NCBI GenBank assembly: GCA_951406725.2
Contig: OX597828.1
Span: 34,348,001-34,412,000, forward strand
From: Octopus vulgaris
Taxonomy: Eukaryota
Length of the DNA stretch: 64,000 nt
Reading direction: 5' to 3'
Below the pieces are notes generated by a model. The model did no database searches and was not told the DNA's origin. It saw only the letters and a list, made by a program, of their open reading frames with translations. The translations under genes were made by a program, and so were the position numbers. Positions 27,190-41,143 of the stretch are shown here, piece after piece. Positions within the stretch are counted from its first letter, which is position 1; each line of letters begins with the position of its first letter.

Positions 27190-28885
27190 TAATTAAAGGC
27201 ACTTTGCTGATGACAATAAACTCCAGCAAATCATCAATGAAGAAGGTCGAACTCAACTCCAGTCTGATCTATATGCGATGATTCAATGGTCAGACAAAAA
27301 CAAAATTTGAGCTAATGCATTTTGGAAGAAATATTCTCCTCCTTCAGGGGAACCGCTCAAAGCATATAATATCAGCGACCTAAGTGTAATTGTTGATAAC
27401 AATCTCAGTTGGAGTGCCCACATCAACAATACGGTCGATATAGCTCGTAGCATGAGCTCCTGGATCTTAAGAGCCTTCCGGTCCAGAGAACAAGGTGTCA
27501 TCATTCCATTTTTCTCCTCTTTTGTACGGCCACACCTTGAATACTACTTCCCCCTGTGGACTTCCCATACAAACAAAACATCTCGAAAATTGAAAACCCT
27601 AGAGGCCATTCACTAAACGAATTAAGGACATGATTGATCTCGATTACTGGGACCGCCTTAAAGCCTTGAAACTCTACTCTCCCCAGGCCGCCGCGAGCAG
27701 TACATCATTTGCACGCTGTGGAGAATATACTGCCAGCATTGCCCAAACGACCGGTACATTAGTTTCAATGTTCATCCAAGGCTGGGAACAAGGTCCACAG
27801 TTCCCTGCCCAATTCAGGATCACAACATATAGGTACACTGAGACACAATTTCTTTTCTTCAACAGCCCCTGCCCTGTTTAACATTGTCCCAAAACTGATC
27901 AAAGAGGAAAAGATCCCATCACCTTTAAACGGAGACTGGACAAATTTCTTCAAGGAATACCATAAGCCACCTATACCTGGATACAACTCACCCAACAAGA
28001 ACTCACTACTTGAATGGACCATAATACCACAAAACATGACTTAAAAAGGATTTAGATAATTGTATAAGGTGGTGCTATTAAGTTTGCACGCTGTGGAGAA
28101 ATACTGCCAGCATTGCCCAAACGATCATTAGTTTCAATGTTCATCCAAGGCTGGGAACAAGGTCCACAGTTCCCTGCCCAATTCAGGATCACAACATATA
28201 GGTACACTGAGACACAATTTCTTTTCTTCAACAGCCCCTGCCCTGTTTAACATTGTCCCAAAACTGATCAAAGAGGAAAAAGATCCCATCACCTTTAAAC
28301 GGAGACTGGACAAATTTCTTCAAGGAATACCAGATAAGCCACCTATACCTGGATACAACTCACCCAACAAGAACTCACTACTTGAATGGACCATAATACC
28401 ACAAAACATGACTTAAAAAGGATTTAGATAATTGTATAAGGTGGTGCTATTAAGTTTGCACGCTGTGGAGAATATACTGCCAGCATTGCCCAAACGACCG
28501 GTACATTAGTTTCAATGTTCATCCAAGGCTGGGAACAAGGTCCACAGTTCCCTGCCCAATTCAGGATCACAACATATAGGTACACTGAGACACAATTTCT
28601 TTTCTTCAACAGCCCCTGCCCTGTTTAACATTGTCCCAAAACTGATCAAAGAGGAAAAAGATCCCATCACCTTTAAACGGAGACTGGACAAATTTCTTCA
28701 AGGAATACCAGATAAGCCACCTATACCTGGATACAACTCACCCAACAAGAACTCACTACTTGAATGGACCATAATACCACAAAACATGACTTAAAAAGGA
28801 TTTAGATAATTGTATAAGGTGGTGCTATTAAGTTACGTAGACATGGCCTGGACCAATCTTTGGTCGAAACATATCTAAATTTTAT
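27190..28885 (+). mobile_element. Decayed CR1-group LINE 3' fragment with internal tandem triplication
   Basis: HFADDNKL, DLSVIVDNNLSWSAHI, SFVRPHLEY, DYWDRLKALKLYS peptides; about 375-bp unit repeated from 27708, 28083 and 28455. Confidence 0.88.
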
Positions 28886-29071
28886 TTAAGTTTTATATGC
28901 GAATATAATATACATACAGATATATACACTCCGACGTACCAGTTGATGTTAAAACTTAGCTAAATAAGTTATTTTTCATTAAATATAACTAGTCCGGGAA
29001 CTTTTTGATACCACCTCATACATACACTGATAAACATACATACATACATACATACATACATACATACATAC

Positions 29072-29122
<51 letters not shown>

Positions 29123-29125
<3 letters not shown>

Positions 29126-29323
29126 TTTTACTTGTTTCAGTCATTTGACTGCAGCCATGCTGGAGCAGCGCCTTTAGTCGAACAAATCGACCCCTGGACT
29201 TATTCTTTGTAAGCCTAGTATTTATTCTGTCGGTCTCTTTTGCCTAACCGCTAAGTTACGGAGACGTAAACACACCTGTTGTCAAGCGATGGTGGGGTGA
29301 CAAACACAGACACACACACACAA

Positions 29324-29403
<80 letters not shown>

Positions 29404-29710
29404 GAAAGCTATCTCAAGAAATTGTTTTACCACACACAATATAAATATGGTCGGGTCTCCCATATATATAGTATAGTGAGTTGATCATTTTCAATCAACT
29501 GATATTATCCGAGCATTTAGGAAGTGAAAACGCCCTCTTGGAGACGGTCTTCTATCCAGGTTCTTTCTACCGAATTACACTCACAAAGGTTATTAATGGT
29601 CAACCTCAACTCAAGATTATTTACGAGCAAGAAAATCACCCAAGCTGCAATGCGGTGGGATTGAACCTGAAGCTAGACCGTTTCTAAGACAATTGCTTAA
29701 TCACACAGTC
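29123..29710 (-). mobile_element. SINE family B (interrupted)
   Basis: CTTGTTTCAGTCATTTGACTGCAGCCATGCTGGAGCAGCGCC tail at 29131-29172; diverged head near 29650-29710. Confidence 0.8.
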
Positions 29711-29728
29711 AATAATTAAAATCTTTAA

Positions 29729-30127
29729 GGCGGCGAGCTGGCAGGAACGTTAGCACGCCGGGCGAAATGCGTAGCCGTATTTCGTCTGCCCTTACGTTCT
29801 GAGTTCAAATTCCGCCGAGGTTAACTTTGCTTTTCATCCTTTCGGGGTCGATAAATTAAGTACCAGTTACGCACTGGGGTCGATGTAATCGACTTAATCC
29901 GTTTGTCTGTCCTTGTTTGTCCCCTCTGTGTTTAGCCCTTTGTGGGTAGTAAAGAAATAAGCATTTCGTTTGCCTTTGCGTTCTGAGTTCAAATTCTGCT
30001 GAGGTCGACTTTACCTTACATCGTTTCGGGGTCGATAAATTAAGCACGAGTTGCGTACTAGGGTCGATCTAATCGACTGACCCCCTCTTCCAAAATTTCG
30101 GGCCTTGTGCCTAGAGTAGAAAAGAAT
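29729..30127 (+). mobile_element. SINE family A, full copy followed by a head-truncated second unit
   Basis: GGCGGCGAGCTGGCAG... to GTAAAGAAATA at 29959, then CATTTCGT...GAGTTCAAATTC...GTGCCTAGAGTAGAAAAGAA; the same dimer layout occurs at 39250-39613. Confidence 0.9.
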
Positions 30128-30841
30128 TATTAAAATCCTTGTTTACTACCGTGGTTTTCAATCGGGGTTCATGTGACCTTTAGAGGTCGATGCGAGATCT
30201 CACTGCTAACATTTATGTGCAATAAATTGGCACAAACTATTTTAACAGTTCTTTTTATACAATTCCTTATTATATATAATTAAAAAAATATTATAGGATA
30301 TTCTAAGCATCGAGTGTCTATGAGTTCTGAGTAAGATAGAAATCAAAGAGCTCCATAGGTGAAAAATAGTTGAGGGCCAATGATCCATTATACGCTTATT
30401 TAATACAGATCGATCTTGCGGTTAGAGAATCATAGAATCTTAGGTCATATGCTATTTTCATAAAGATGTTTTACCGTTAATTCTTATAGTTTCGCAAATC
30501 AATTTAAATTTTCTTGGGCGCGATTTATTGAATGTGTAAATTATAATGTCGTGTTACTGTATTTTCAATGGAACATTATCGAATGCCTTAGCAACCATTT
30601 CTGTTGTTTAGAACTGTCTAGAATTGTTATTTTCAGCGTTCATTCACTAGAAGTAGTAGTTTGACTTGTTCTTCAATAGATGATCTTTAAAATCACTCCA
30701 TGCTGTGTATTTAGATTAACAACGGATGGAATCAGAGTTGCATCATACACAAGTACAGATACACATACATAACACAAACACTACATTACAAAAGAAGCAC
30801 GTGCCTCTATGTGTCTTTCTCTCTATATGTGTATGTATACT

Positions 30842-30874
<33 letters not shown>

Positions 30875-31008
30875 GTACAAATACACACACATACATGTAC
30901 ATATATATGTATGCACACACAATCATATAAATAGCTCTCTTTTTATTTCTCTCTGTATCTATCTACCAATCTAACTGTACATACATACATACCTACATAC
31001 ATACATGC

Positions 31009-31074
<66 letters not shown>

Positions 31075-31198
31075 GTATATATATACGTGTGCGTACATAA
31101 TATATATATACATATATATAAATATATATGCGTGCATGTACGTATGAATACATATAAATATATGTATATATATTTATAAATACGTATGCATATATATA

Positions 31199-31242
<44 letters not shown>

Positions 31243-31453
31243 TACATACACATATATATGTATACTTGTGCATGCATATGTACATACACACACGTACACA
31301 CACACGCAAACACACGCAAACACACACAACACATGTATATATGTGTATATGTAGTACATGCATATATGAATATATTATATATTCACACACATAAATATGA
31401 ATATATCTGTTTTTATAAATATATATGTGCACGTCTCTATCTCTATCTCTCTG

Positions 31454-31515
<62 letters not shown>

Positions 31516-31523
31516 CATCCATC

Positions 31524-31557
<34 letters not shown>

Positions 31558-32311
31558 TTATCTCTCTCTCTCTCTGTATATATATATATATATATATATT
31601 GTATCAGTGTATCTTATGCAACTCTCCATACTTTTAGCTTGTATATATTTACCCACATTCACTCACATACTCACACACACACGCACACATACTACAAATA
31701 TGCAACATACACAACACAACATACACATACATATAGACACAAAGAAGCATAACAACTTGTTTAAAAAAGAACAACAGCTTATATCCACATATTTCATCGT
31801 TGACATATTTCATCCCGAACTTTCCAAACAGACTGATCGTTACTATTGGATTCTATTATTTATTAGATAAAGAACGTTAATTAACTATATCAATTTTTTT
31901 TTTGTTTCTTTGCTGGTATTTCTGAGCTAAAAACAAAATCTCATCCTCGTATGTTTTTTCTTGAAATACATCGAATTTTGTTTAATCCGTCTAATGCAGA
32001 TCAAACAGATCACAAGATTCGACTTCCGTATTATCTATCGTCTGAAAACTGGAAAGCGAAATCCATTTTCGAGATCAAACGGTAGGAGAAGCTTGCAAAG
32101 AGGAATTACACAATAGACGAATAACGAAAACAAAACGAGATGAGGATGAGGACGACGACGACCAAGATGAAGATGAAGATGATGATGATGAAAATGATGA
32201 TGGACGATACTGATGATGATGACTATAGTGATAATGATGTGGATGATGCTAAAGATGATGATGATGGTGATGAAGACTACAGAGATGATGATGAACATAT
32301 GGATTATTATT

Positions 32312-32342
<31 letters not shown>

Positions 32343-32352
32343 TTATTATGGA

Positions 32353-32397
<45 letters not shown>

Positions 32398-32400
32398 GGA

Positions 32401-32456
<56 letters not shown>

Positions 32457-32492
32457 TTATTATGGATATTATTATTATTATTATTGTTATTA

Positions 32493-32555
<63 letters not shown>

Positions 32556-32615
32556 GTGTATTTGTGTGATTGTGTGTATACGTAAGTATATATGCTCACA
32601 TACATGTATGCATAC

Positions 32616-32617
<2 letters not shown>

Positions 32618-32649
<32 letters not shown>

Positions 32650-32912
32650 GTGTATACATATATAATATATATATATATATATATACATATATATAGGTGT
32701 GTGTGTATATATATTTCATATGCATATATATACACATATATGTTTATTTGTATATGTGCATAACACATATATACATGTTAGTGTATAAATATAACAGGTA
32801 TTTTCTATTTGTGAATATATGTGTGTATATGTGTATATATATATGTATATATACATATAGATATGTATGTATATGTATGTATATGTATATATATATAAAT
32901 ATATATATCATT

Positions 32913-32950
<38 letters not shown>

Positions 32951-33240
32951 AATGATATATATATTTATATATATATACATATACATACATATACATACAT
33001 ATCTATATGTATATATACATATATATATACACATATACACACATATATTCACAAATAGAAAATACCTGTTATATTTATACACTAACATGTATATATGTGT
33101 TATGCACATATACAAATAAACATATATGTGTATATATATGCATATGAAATATATATACACACACACCTATATATATGTATATATATATATATATATATTA
33201 TATATGTATACACAGATATATATATATATATATATATATG
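32618..33240. repeat. Apparently perfect palindrome of about 620 bp centred on (TA)n at about 32931
   Basis: ORFs 32697-32951(+) and 32912-33166(-) give identical peptides, as do 32805-32996(-) and 32867-33058(+). Confidence 0.92.
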
Positions 33241-33252
33241 CATACATATATG

Positions 33253-33293
<41 letters not shown>

Positions 33294-33666
33294 TGTGTGT
33301 GTATACACACACATATGTATATAAGCGCGTGTCTAAGTATGTATGTGCATATGAGTGTATGATATCGATATCATATGTTTAAATATGAAACATCTCTTTC
33401 AATTTGAACTGATATCATATAAATATTTGTAACTAATGCTATTAGAAAAAAATTCTTTTGCTCTTTTCCCAAACTAAAAATATCGTTATCAATATGACAG
33501 CTAAATATATTCCGCATGAAAGAATTGTCTTTCTTTGAAAACACAGAATGAATAGTTTCTGTGTTTGAAATTATAGCGAACACCGATCCGGGAAACGTGA
33601 GTGTTATTAATGTTACATGATGATCGTTTTATTATTATCAGCAGTAAAAAATATTATTATTATTAC

Positions 33667-33786
<120 letters not shown>

Positions 33787-33865
33787 CATTCTTCTTCTTC
33801 ATCTTCTCCATCTTCTCCTTCTTCATCTTCTTCTTCTTCTTCTTCTTCTTCTTCTTCTTCTTCTT

Positions 33866-33920
<55 letters not shown>

Positions 33921-33921
<1 letters not shown>

Positions 33922-34180
33922 GGTTTGGCTTAGGTTCGGTCTTGTTCCTGGTAGGATTTATGGGGGATTCGCAGGTCACACCCTGTAACCTTAGTTATCC
34001 ACAAGTTTTCGGCTGTCTTCCAAGTGTTTAGAACCCTCTTGATAATTCTTGCTGTCCTTAAGAGACAAACATTCTGTAGGAGCTCTACAGGACATTCTAT
34101 TCCAATCTCCTTCAACCATTTGTCAATATCTTTGCTTACAGTTCCCACTGCACCAATTATTATAAACACAACTGTTTTCA

Positions 34181-34181
<1 letters not shown>
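33921..34181 (-). mobile_element. 3' end of an R4/Dong-like (REL endonuclease) non-LTR retrotransposon within (TAA)n
   Basis: VFIIIGAVGTVSKDIDKWLKEIGI...LLQNVCLLRTARIIKRVL matches the typical R4-clade C-terminus; (TAA)n arrays on both sides. Confidence 0.8.
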
Positions 34182-34264
<83 letters not shown>

Positions 34265-34608
34265 CATTATTATTGATATTATTATTGAGTGAGAGAGCAG
34301 TGCATGCCATCAAAGGGACACTGGGGTAAAATATACGAAGCTCTGTATACCCAACATGACTACCCGTCTGATAAGGGTACACCAGGCACATGCATCACAA
34401 CTATATGTGCGCGACATTGTGATCTCATATCAAAACTACCAGCGCATGAATTTGTAGGTGGGGTCCAGTTATATATATGTATATATAGAAGGTTTTTGAT
34501 CTATCTATTATATCAATTATGCATTGATGTAAGAATAAGTTGTTCTGTAAACCCGAAACATATGTACCGCAAAATCCTTTGCATCCCATTTTTCATTTAT
34601 TTCATTTG

Positions 34609-34653
<45 letters not shown>

Positions 34654-34676
34654 CATATATGTATGTATATATACTA

Positions 34677-34945
34677 CTGTGTCTGGGGAAAGTCATTTTT
34701 TTTGTGCCTTATTATGTAACACACTCACCGGTAAAATTTCCACGTTTTTCTTATTTTTATTGTCCTAAAATTTTCGCTGCGTCTTGCAACCTTTTCAGTT
34801 GTTTTGACTTTCAAAACTATTGAAAAGGTTGCAAGACGCAGTGAAAATTTTAGGACAATAAAAATAAGAAAAACGTGGAAATTTTACCGGTGAGTGTGTT
34901 ACATAATAAGGCACAAAAAGAAAATTACTTTCCCCAGTCACAATA
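34677..34945. repeat. Fold-back element, about 130-bp arms, between (TA)n tracts
   Basis: CACACTCACCGGTAAAATTTCCACG...GTCTTGCAACCTTTTCA mirrored by TGAAAAGGTTGCAAGAC...CGTGGAAATTTTACCGGTGAGTGTG, centre about 34809. Confidence 0.92.
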
Positions 34946-34979
34946 GAATATGCTTCAACACACGAACTCATATAAAGAA

Positions 34980-35036
<57 letters not shown>

Positions 35037-35069
35037 TATAGATACATATATATATAGACATACGTATGT

Positions 35070-35565
35070 ATATATGGGTACGGGACGTCACAAACAGTAA
35101 ACAACATGAAATAGGAAAACAAATTTGTTCAATACGCAAACAACGAGAGAAACAAATGGAAAACAGAACAAGTAACATAAAGAACGACCCTTCCACAAGT
35201 GTCAGCTGTCTGTCTATTCTTCATTTCGAGCATTTACTGACAATAGAGTCTTCGAAGACAGTTGCTCCCATACATACCAAAACAAAACTTGGGACTTATG
35301 GAGGGTCAGAGCTGGGAACAAAAACAGGACAGTGGAGACATAGAAGGAAACCGAACAAAAACAAAAATGGAGGGTCGTTAGACCAGAACGAGGGTAAAAT
35401 AGCGAACACTGGAGAAATATTTTCTTTGACAAGAGAAAAAAATAGAAGAGAGAGATAGGATACGTGCTGTCATTACGACAGTCCTGAAAGAAAAGAAGGA
35501 TGATCACGTGAGGAAGAGAAAGATGGACGACGGTTTGGTGTGAGCAACGGGTGTTTTCAAGCATT
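35070..35565. repeat. Unclassified dispersed repeat next to (TA)n; related pieces at 40-150 (inverted), 44260-44480 and 45625-46000
   Basis: Shared GGGTACGGGACGTCAC, GAGAAACAAATGGAAAACAG, GTTAGACCAGAACGAGGGTAAAA and ATTTCGAGCATTT motifs. Confidence 0.7.
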
Positions 35566-36979
35566 TAACCGTATGTACTGTAGCTGAGGTGTACCTAAGG
35601 TAAATCTTTTCTTTTTCTATGCGTTGCCCAGCCTGCAGAAGAGAATCGGGCACTTTATTTTTCTTTGGTTTCCTTAGAATGAGATACAGAATGTCTCTTT
35701 GTTGATTAGTATATTTAATTTAAGAAAAACAAAAAACAAAAATAAACAACAAAACTCCCCAAAAAAATAAAGACCGGAAGTACCTCCTGATTTCTGACTA
35801 TTAAAAGAGATGTCTTATGGCAGTTGTTGAATATGGTAGATAAAGCAATGTATCAGCTAAAGCTCCCTAAAAAGGACTTCCATCCGTTTTAAACAAAGCA
35901 GGGCACATTTGATAATGTAGTTCAAGACATACTATGTCTGAAATCACGTCGGATTATACATCTCCACGTTGCGCTCAGTAGTAGCAGTAACAAGACCAGC
36001 AGCAGCTACAGCAACAACAACTACAACAACAACAACAACAACAATCAGCAACACTCTCTTAGCAAAGTCTGCTTATAAAACACGTGAGTTTTAACGAACG
36101 AATGCTTATACAACTTAGTCTGCAATATATCAGTGAAACGACTTTTTTTTTTATCTGATTTAGCAAATTTTTCAATGCAATAAAAAGCATATGTAGAGTG
36201 TTTTTTTTATTTTCATTTTCACATCCGGTTGTGATTGTGAAAACTAGGAACGACTTTCAAAGTATATGTAGGTCTCTAAGAACACTAGATGTATAGAAAA
36301 GTCAATATTGCTTTAGTAAAACAGTTGGATTCGAGGAAACTAGCTATAGTCTTCGTTGGTGAATAATTCTTTCGAATTCTTTCTGCTATCGGCACAAGAC
36401 CTGAAACTTTGTCGGGTAGCTTAGTCGGGTAGCTTTGTCAATTACAATGAACCCAATGGTTGTCTGGTTCTTTTTTTTTTTTTTTATCTTTTTATATCAA
36501 CTCTGAAAGGGTGAAAAGGAAAGCAGTCTAAGATGGGATTTGAACTCAGACTGTTAAGAAATGGCACTTCCCTCCCCTCTTTTTCTGCTATAGACACAAG
36601 GTCAGCACATTAGGGTGAGGGGTAAGTCGATTACATCAACCCCAGAGCTCAACTGGTACGTACTTTACCTGAAATTTTAGGAAAGGAACTTATCCATTTG
36701 CATTGACCACAATGCTCAGCTTGTTCTTATTTTATCGACCTCTAAAAAATAAAAGACAACGTTGACCTCGGCGGAATTTGAACTCAGAACCTAAAACCAT
36801 TCTCTACAGTGATTCAGAAGCTTAACTTTGTTACACACCATTTCACACAGACAACAGCCAAGAATTACGCGAAGAGTAAACGTGTAGCAGCCAGTAACAC
36901 TCTAATACATTACATAATTCAGTTGGCCCAACAAATGAAAAAAGAATCCTCGTCGAAAACAGATGGAGGATATATATAT

Positions 36980-37185
36980 ATTCTCTTTTACGCTTTTACC
37001 TTTTTGTTTCTGTCATTTGACTGCGGCCATGCTGGAGCAGCGCCTTTAGTCGAACAAATCGACCCCAGGACTTATTCTTTGTAAGCCTTGTACTTCTTCT
37101 ATCCGTCTATTTTGCAGAACCGCTAAGTAACGAGAACGTAGACACACTAACCTCGGTTGTCAAGCAATGATCGGGGGACATAGAT

Positions 37186-37265
<80 letters not shown>

Positions 37266-37406
37266 TTATGACGGGCTTCTTTCAAGTTCCATCTACCAAA
37301 TCCACTCAAGGCTCTGGTCGGCCCGAGACTATAGTAGAAGACACTTGCTCAAGGTGCTACGCAGTGGGACTGAACCCAGAACCATGTGGTAGGGAAGCAA
37401 GCTTCT

Positions 37407-37407
<1 letters not shown>
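36980..37407 (-). mobile_element. SINE family B
   Basis: GTCATTTGACTGCGGCCATGCTGGAGCAGCGCC tail; AGTGGGACTGAACCCAGAACCATGTGG head. Confidence 0.88.
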
Positions 37408-37464
<57 letters not shown>

Positions 37465-37560
37465 TAATCATGATAATATGAGAACAAAGCATGAATGAGA
37501 CTTCACTATTATGTAAATAGAGGAATTTATCTATAATATGTGACAATTACTTGGTTGCCA

Positions 37561-37623
37561 TAATAAAACTCAGAGTTTCGGATATCGAGGCAGAAGTCTA
37601 CTCCGGCATCTCGTCAGTTATTA
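37561..37623 (-). ncRNA. Minimal hammerhead ribozyme, canonical CUGACGA core
   Basis: Minus strand: TAATAA CTGACGA GATGCCGGAGTAGACTTCTGCCTCGATATCC GAAA CTC T GAG TT TTATTA (6-bp stem I, GUU site, irregular stem II). Confidence 0.65.
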
Positions 37624-38637
37624 AGACAAACAAAAATGCTATGAAAATGACCGTTAAATAAAGGGAAATTTCTATGAAGATGACCGTTATTAAGACAAAC
37701 AAAAGAGCTATGAGAATGTTAAATAAAGGGAAATTACCCGAATAGGGAAAAAGTAAAAGTACTCGAAAAAGTAAACCCACGTTCATAGAATCCGCGTGTG
37801 CGCGCATGTACACACGGACATACACATGCGCACACGCACACCCACATGCATGTGCATATATGCATAAGCTCACTCACACTCGCGTGAAACACAATCATGC
37901 ATCCATACACATGTACACATACCCGCACACACGCACACACACACACGTATATATACTATACGCGCACAATTATGTTCATATACACGTCCCTATACGCGCA
38001 TGCACAAATATGCAGGGTGAAAGGTAACGTACAGAAAAATGTATAAAAATATATAAAGCAATAAATTATATAAAAGAATATATATATATAAATATGTAAA
38101 AATATAAAAATATATATGTAAGAAATGAAATTCTTGTACGTGGACACAATATAAAAAACAGGTTTTACCTGTGATCATGGGAGGACCAAAAGCGTAACAA
38201 ATATTTAGCCATATGTGGACATGATCCAAAAAGTTCAGTTCTTGAATTTAGACATGTAGTGGGGTCTAAGTTGCTTTTCCAGATGAGCCATCTTTCCATA
38301 CCACAAGTAGAAAGTGCGGTCTTTGTGATATGGAAAAATGGCTCATCTAGAAAAGCAGCTTAGACACCGCTACATGTCTAAATTCCAGAACTGAACTTTT
38401 TGGATCATGTTCACATATGGCTAAATATTTGTTACATTTTTGTTTCCCCCCAAGATCACAGATAGAACCTGCTTTTTATATTGTGTCCACGTACAAACAA
38501 TTCATTCCTTACATATATATATTTTTATAGTTTTATATATTTTTATATATTTTATTTAACAGTCACTCTCATAGCTCCGCCTCGACTTCCAAAACTCTGA
38601 GTTTTATTATGGCAACCGACTAATTGCCACACATATC

Positions 38638-38711
<74 letters not shown>

Positions 38712-38767
38712 AACAGTATGAGATAAAAATCCAATGATGTGAAAGATTTCAGAACATTTATGAATAG

Positions 38768-38815
38768 GTCTTATAGCTGTTTCCGGGATATTTTATATAT
38801 CCCTTCATCGAAGAC
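38768..38815 (-). ncRNA. Hammerhead-like motif, inverted copy of 39026-39073
   Basis: Same as 39026-39073 except that stem III and site read CAGCTA TA. Confidence 0.5.
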
Positions 38816-39025
38816 GGTGTGAGAAGATGGTTAAGCAATAGTATTTAAATACTATTGGAATTTACTCACAAATTACAGGATTCTTATATGTATACCATTC
38901 TGCCTAAATAATGGATCTACAGGTACAATATCCCTGAATATCTCACATCTATTTTCCTTCCTCCACTTCACTCTCTATTTCATATCTTATCTAGAATAAT
39001 TATTGCTTAACCATCTTCTCACACC

Positions 39026-39073
39026 GTCTTCGATGAAGGGATATATAAAATATCCCGGAAACAGCTGTAAGAC
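39026..39073 (+). ncRNA. Hammerhead-like motif (UCGAUGA core) in fold-back 38714-39128
   Basis: GTCT TCGATGA A GGGATAT ATAAA ATATCCC G GAAA CAGCTG TA AGAC. Confidence 0.6.
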
Positions 39074-39249
39074 CTATTTATAAATGTTCTGAAGTCTTTC
39101 ACATCCTTGGATTTTTATCTCATACTGTTAATTTTTAATATATATATGCATGCTTATATATGACCTACGTTGGACTACTCTTTCGCATAATCACTGAACC
39201 TGGAGCTTAACTATAGGTTTTGAGGTTGCATCGAACTGTACCAGTATAA

Positions 39250-39613
39250 GGTGGCGAGCTGGCAGAAGCGTTAGCACGCCGGGCGAAATGCTTAGCGGTA
39301 TTTCGTCTGTCTTTACGTTCTGAGTTCAAATTCCGCCGAGGTCGACTTTGCCTTTCATCCTTTCGGGGTTGATATAATCGACTTTATCCGTTTGTCTGTC
39401 CTTGTTTGTTCCTTCTGTGTTTAGCCCCTTGTGGAAAGTAAAGAAATGGGCATTTCGTCTGTCTTTAGGTTCTGAGATTAAATTCCACTGTGTCCAACTC
39501 TGCTTTTCATCATTTCGGATTTGTTAAATTAAGTACCAGTTGCGCACTGGGGTCAATCTAATCGACTGCCCCTCCCCCAAAATTTCAGACCTTGTGCCTA
39601 GAGTAGAAAAGAA
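39250..39613 (+). mobile_element. SINE family A dimer-like copy
   Basis: GGTGGCGAGCTGGCAGAAGCGTTAG...; internal deletion relative to the 29729 copy. Confidence 0.88.
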
Positions 39614-39790
39614 TATTATGTAGAATAGATATAGTAATAATAACAATAATCCATGGATGGAATTTATAAACGTTTAATACATCGCTACGCGCGTTTTCAC
39701 AAATCACATGAACTTACGAGACATGATTTGTGGAAACGCGCCGCGTAGCGATGTATTAAATGTTTCTAAATTCCATCCAAGGGTTATTGT

Positions 39791-39827
<37 letters not shown>

Positions 39828-40302
39828 TATATATACATATATGTACGTATGTATGTTAAGAAGCTCACTGGCTAATCGCGACACCAGCGCCTGTTCTGGC
39901 ACGATAATTCTATATATCATGGGCGGGGTATGAATCGCTGCTCTCTCTAGCAGTCGGACGTCTATCATTGACGAGATCAAGGAAGGTCGAAATCACATGA
40001 TCTGGTGCTCTCAGTCGTGGAGATGGCAACGATTTATCTCCCCGCATTTTGTACCAAATCCAGAGTGGAACTTTCTCTTGTGGTATCTGCCGCAGTATAG
40101 TTTGTTCTAACGGAACATTCATGTCTAAGTAGCTACGTCGGTATTAATACTGTCTCTGTTACTAAGACATATATATATATATATGTGTATATATATATAT
40201 GTGTGTGTGTGTGTTTATGTATATAGTACACACATACACATATATATAATAACTATTTACTTTAACAGTGGCTGATTAGTAGAATACTCACGGAGACATA
40301 TA

Positions 40303-40533
40303 TTTCTTTACTACCCACAAAGGGGCTAAACATAGAGGGGACAAACAAGGACAGACAAAGGGATTAAGTCGATTACAGAGACCCTAGTGCGAAACTGGTA
40401 CTTTATTTATCGACCCCGAAAGGATGAGAGGCAAAGTCGACCTCGGCGGAATTTGAACTCAGAAAGTTAACGGCAGACGAAATACGGCTACGCATTTCGC
40501 CCGGCGTGCTAACGTTTCTGCCAGCTCGCCGCC
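40303..40533 (-). mobile_element. SINE family A with 15-bp target-site duplication
   Basis: TCACGGAGACATATA at 40288-40302 and 40534-40548 flanks a full-length copy. Confidence 0.93.
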
Positions 40534-40859
40534 TCACGGAGACATATAGACATCTTGCTTGGTAACTTTGAGCTTAGTATACAATATTTCTTTTGCCTGG
40601 TGTATACATCGTCGTTTTTCCACGTTCGTTTAATTCCCATTGATAGAAAGTCATCCTACCGACCAACTAACATGTTGCTGCGCCACTCCGAGTCATTAAA
40701 CATATCACTTTTACTTACCGAAATTGCTTTACTCAAATGTAACACCTATCGATACTGCCCCTTCTTTCCTTCCTTCCTTCCTTCCTTCCTTCCTTTCTTT
40801 GTTTCCTTCATTTCTTTCTTTGTTTTCCTTCTTTCTTTCCTTCCTTCTTTCCTTTCATC

Positions 40860-40893
<34 letters not shown>

Positions 40894-41111
40894 CTCTTTC
40901 TTTTTCTTTCTCTCTCTCTATATTATACACGCGCGTACTTGCATGCATAAGTATGCATGCACGTATGTATATGTGTATATATATGTGCGTGTATATATGT
41001 ATATATATATATATATGTATGTATGTATGTATATATATATATATACATATATATATGCCAGAGATTTATTATTGCCTATATATATATATATACATACATA
41101 CACACACGTAC

Positions 41112-41143
<32 letters not shown>

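Noticed and set aside
27708-28834. Regular repeats considered as CRISPR-like
   Set aside because: Whole 375-bp units with no unique spacers, eukaryotic context, no cas genes
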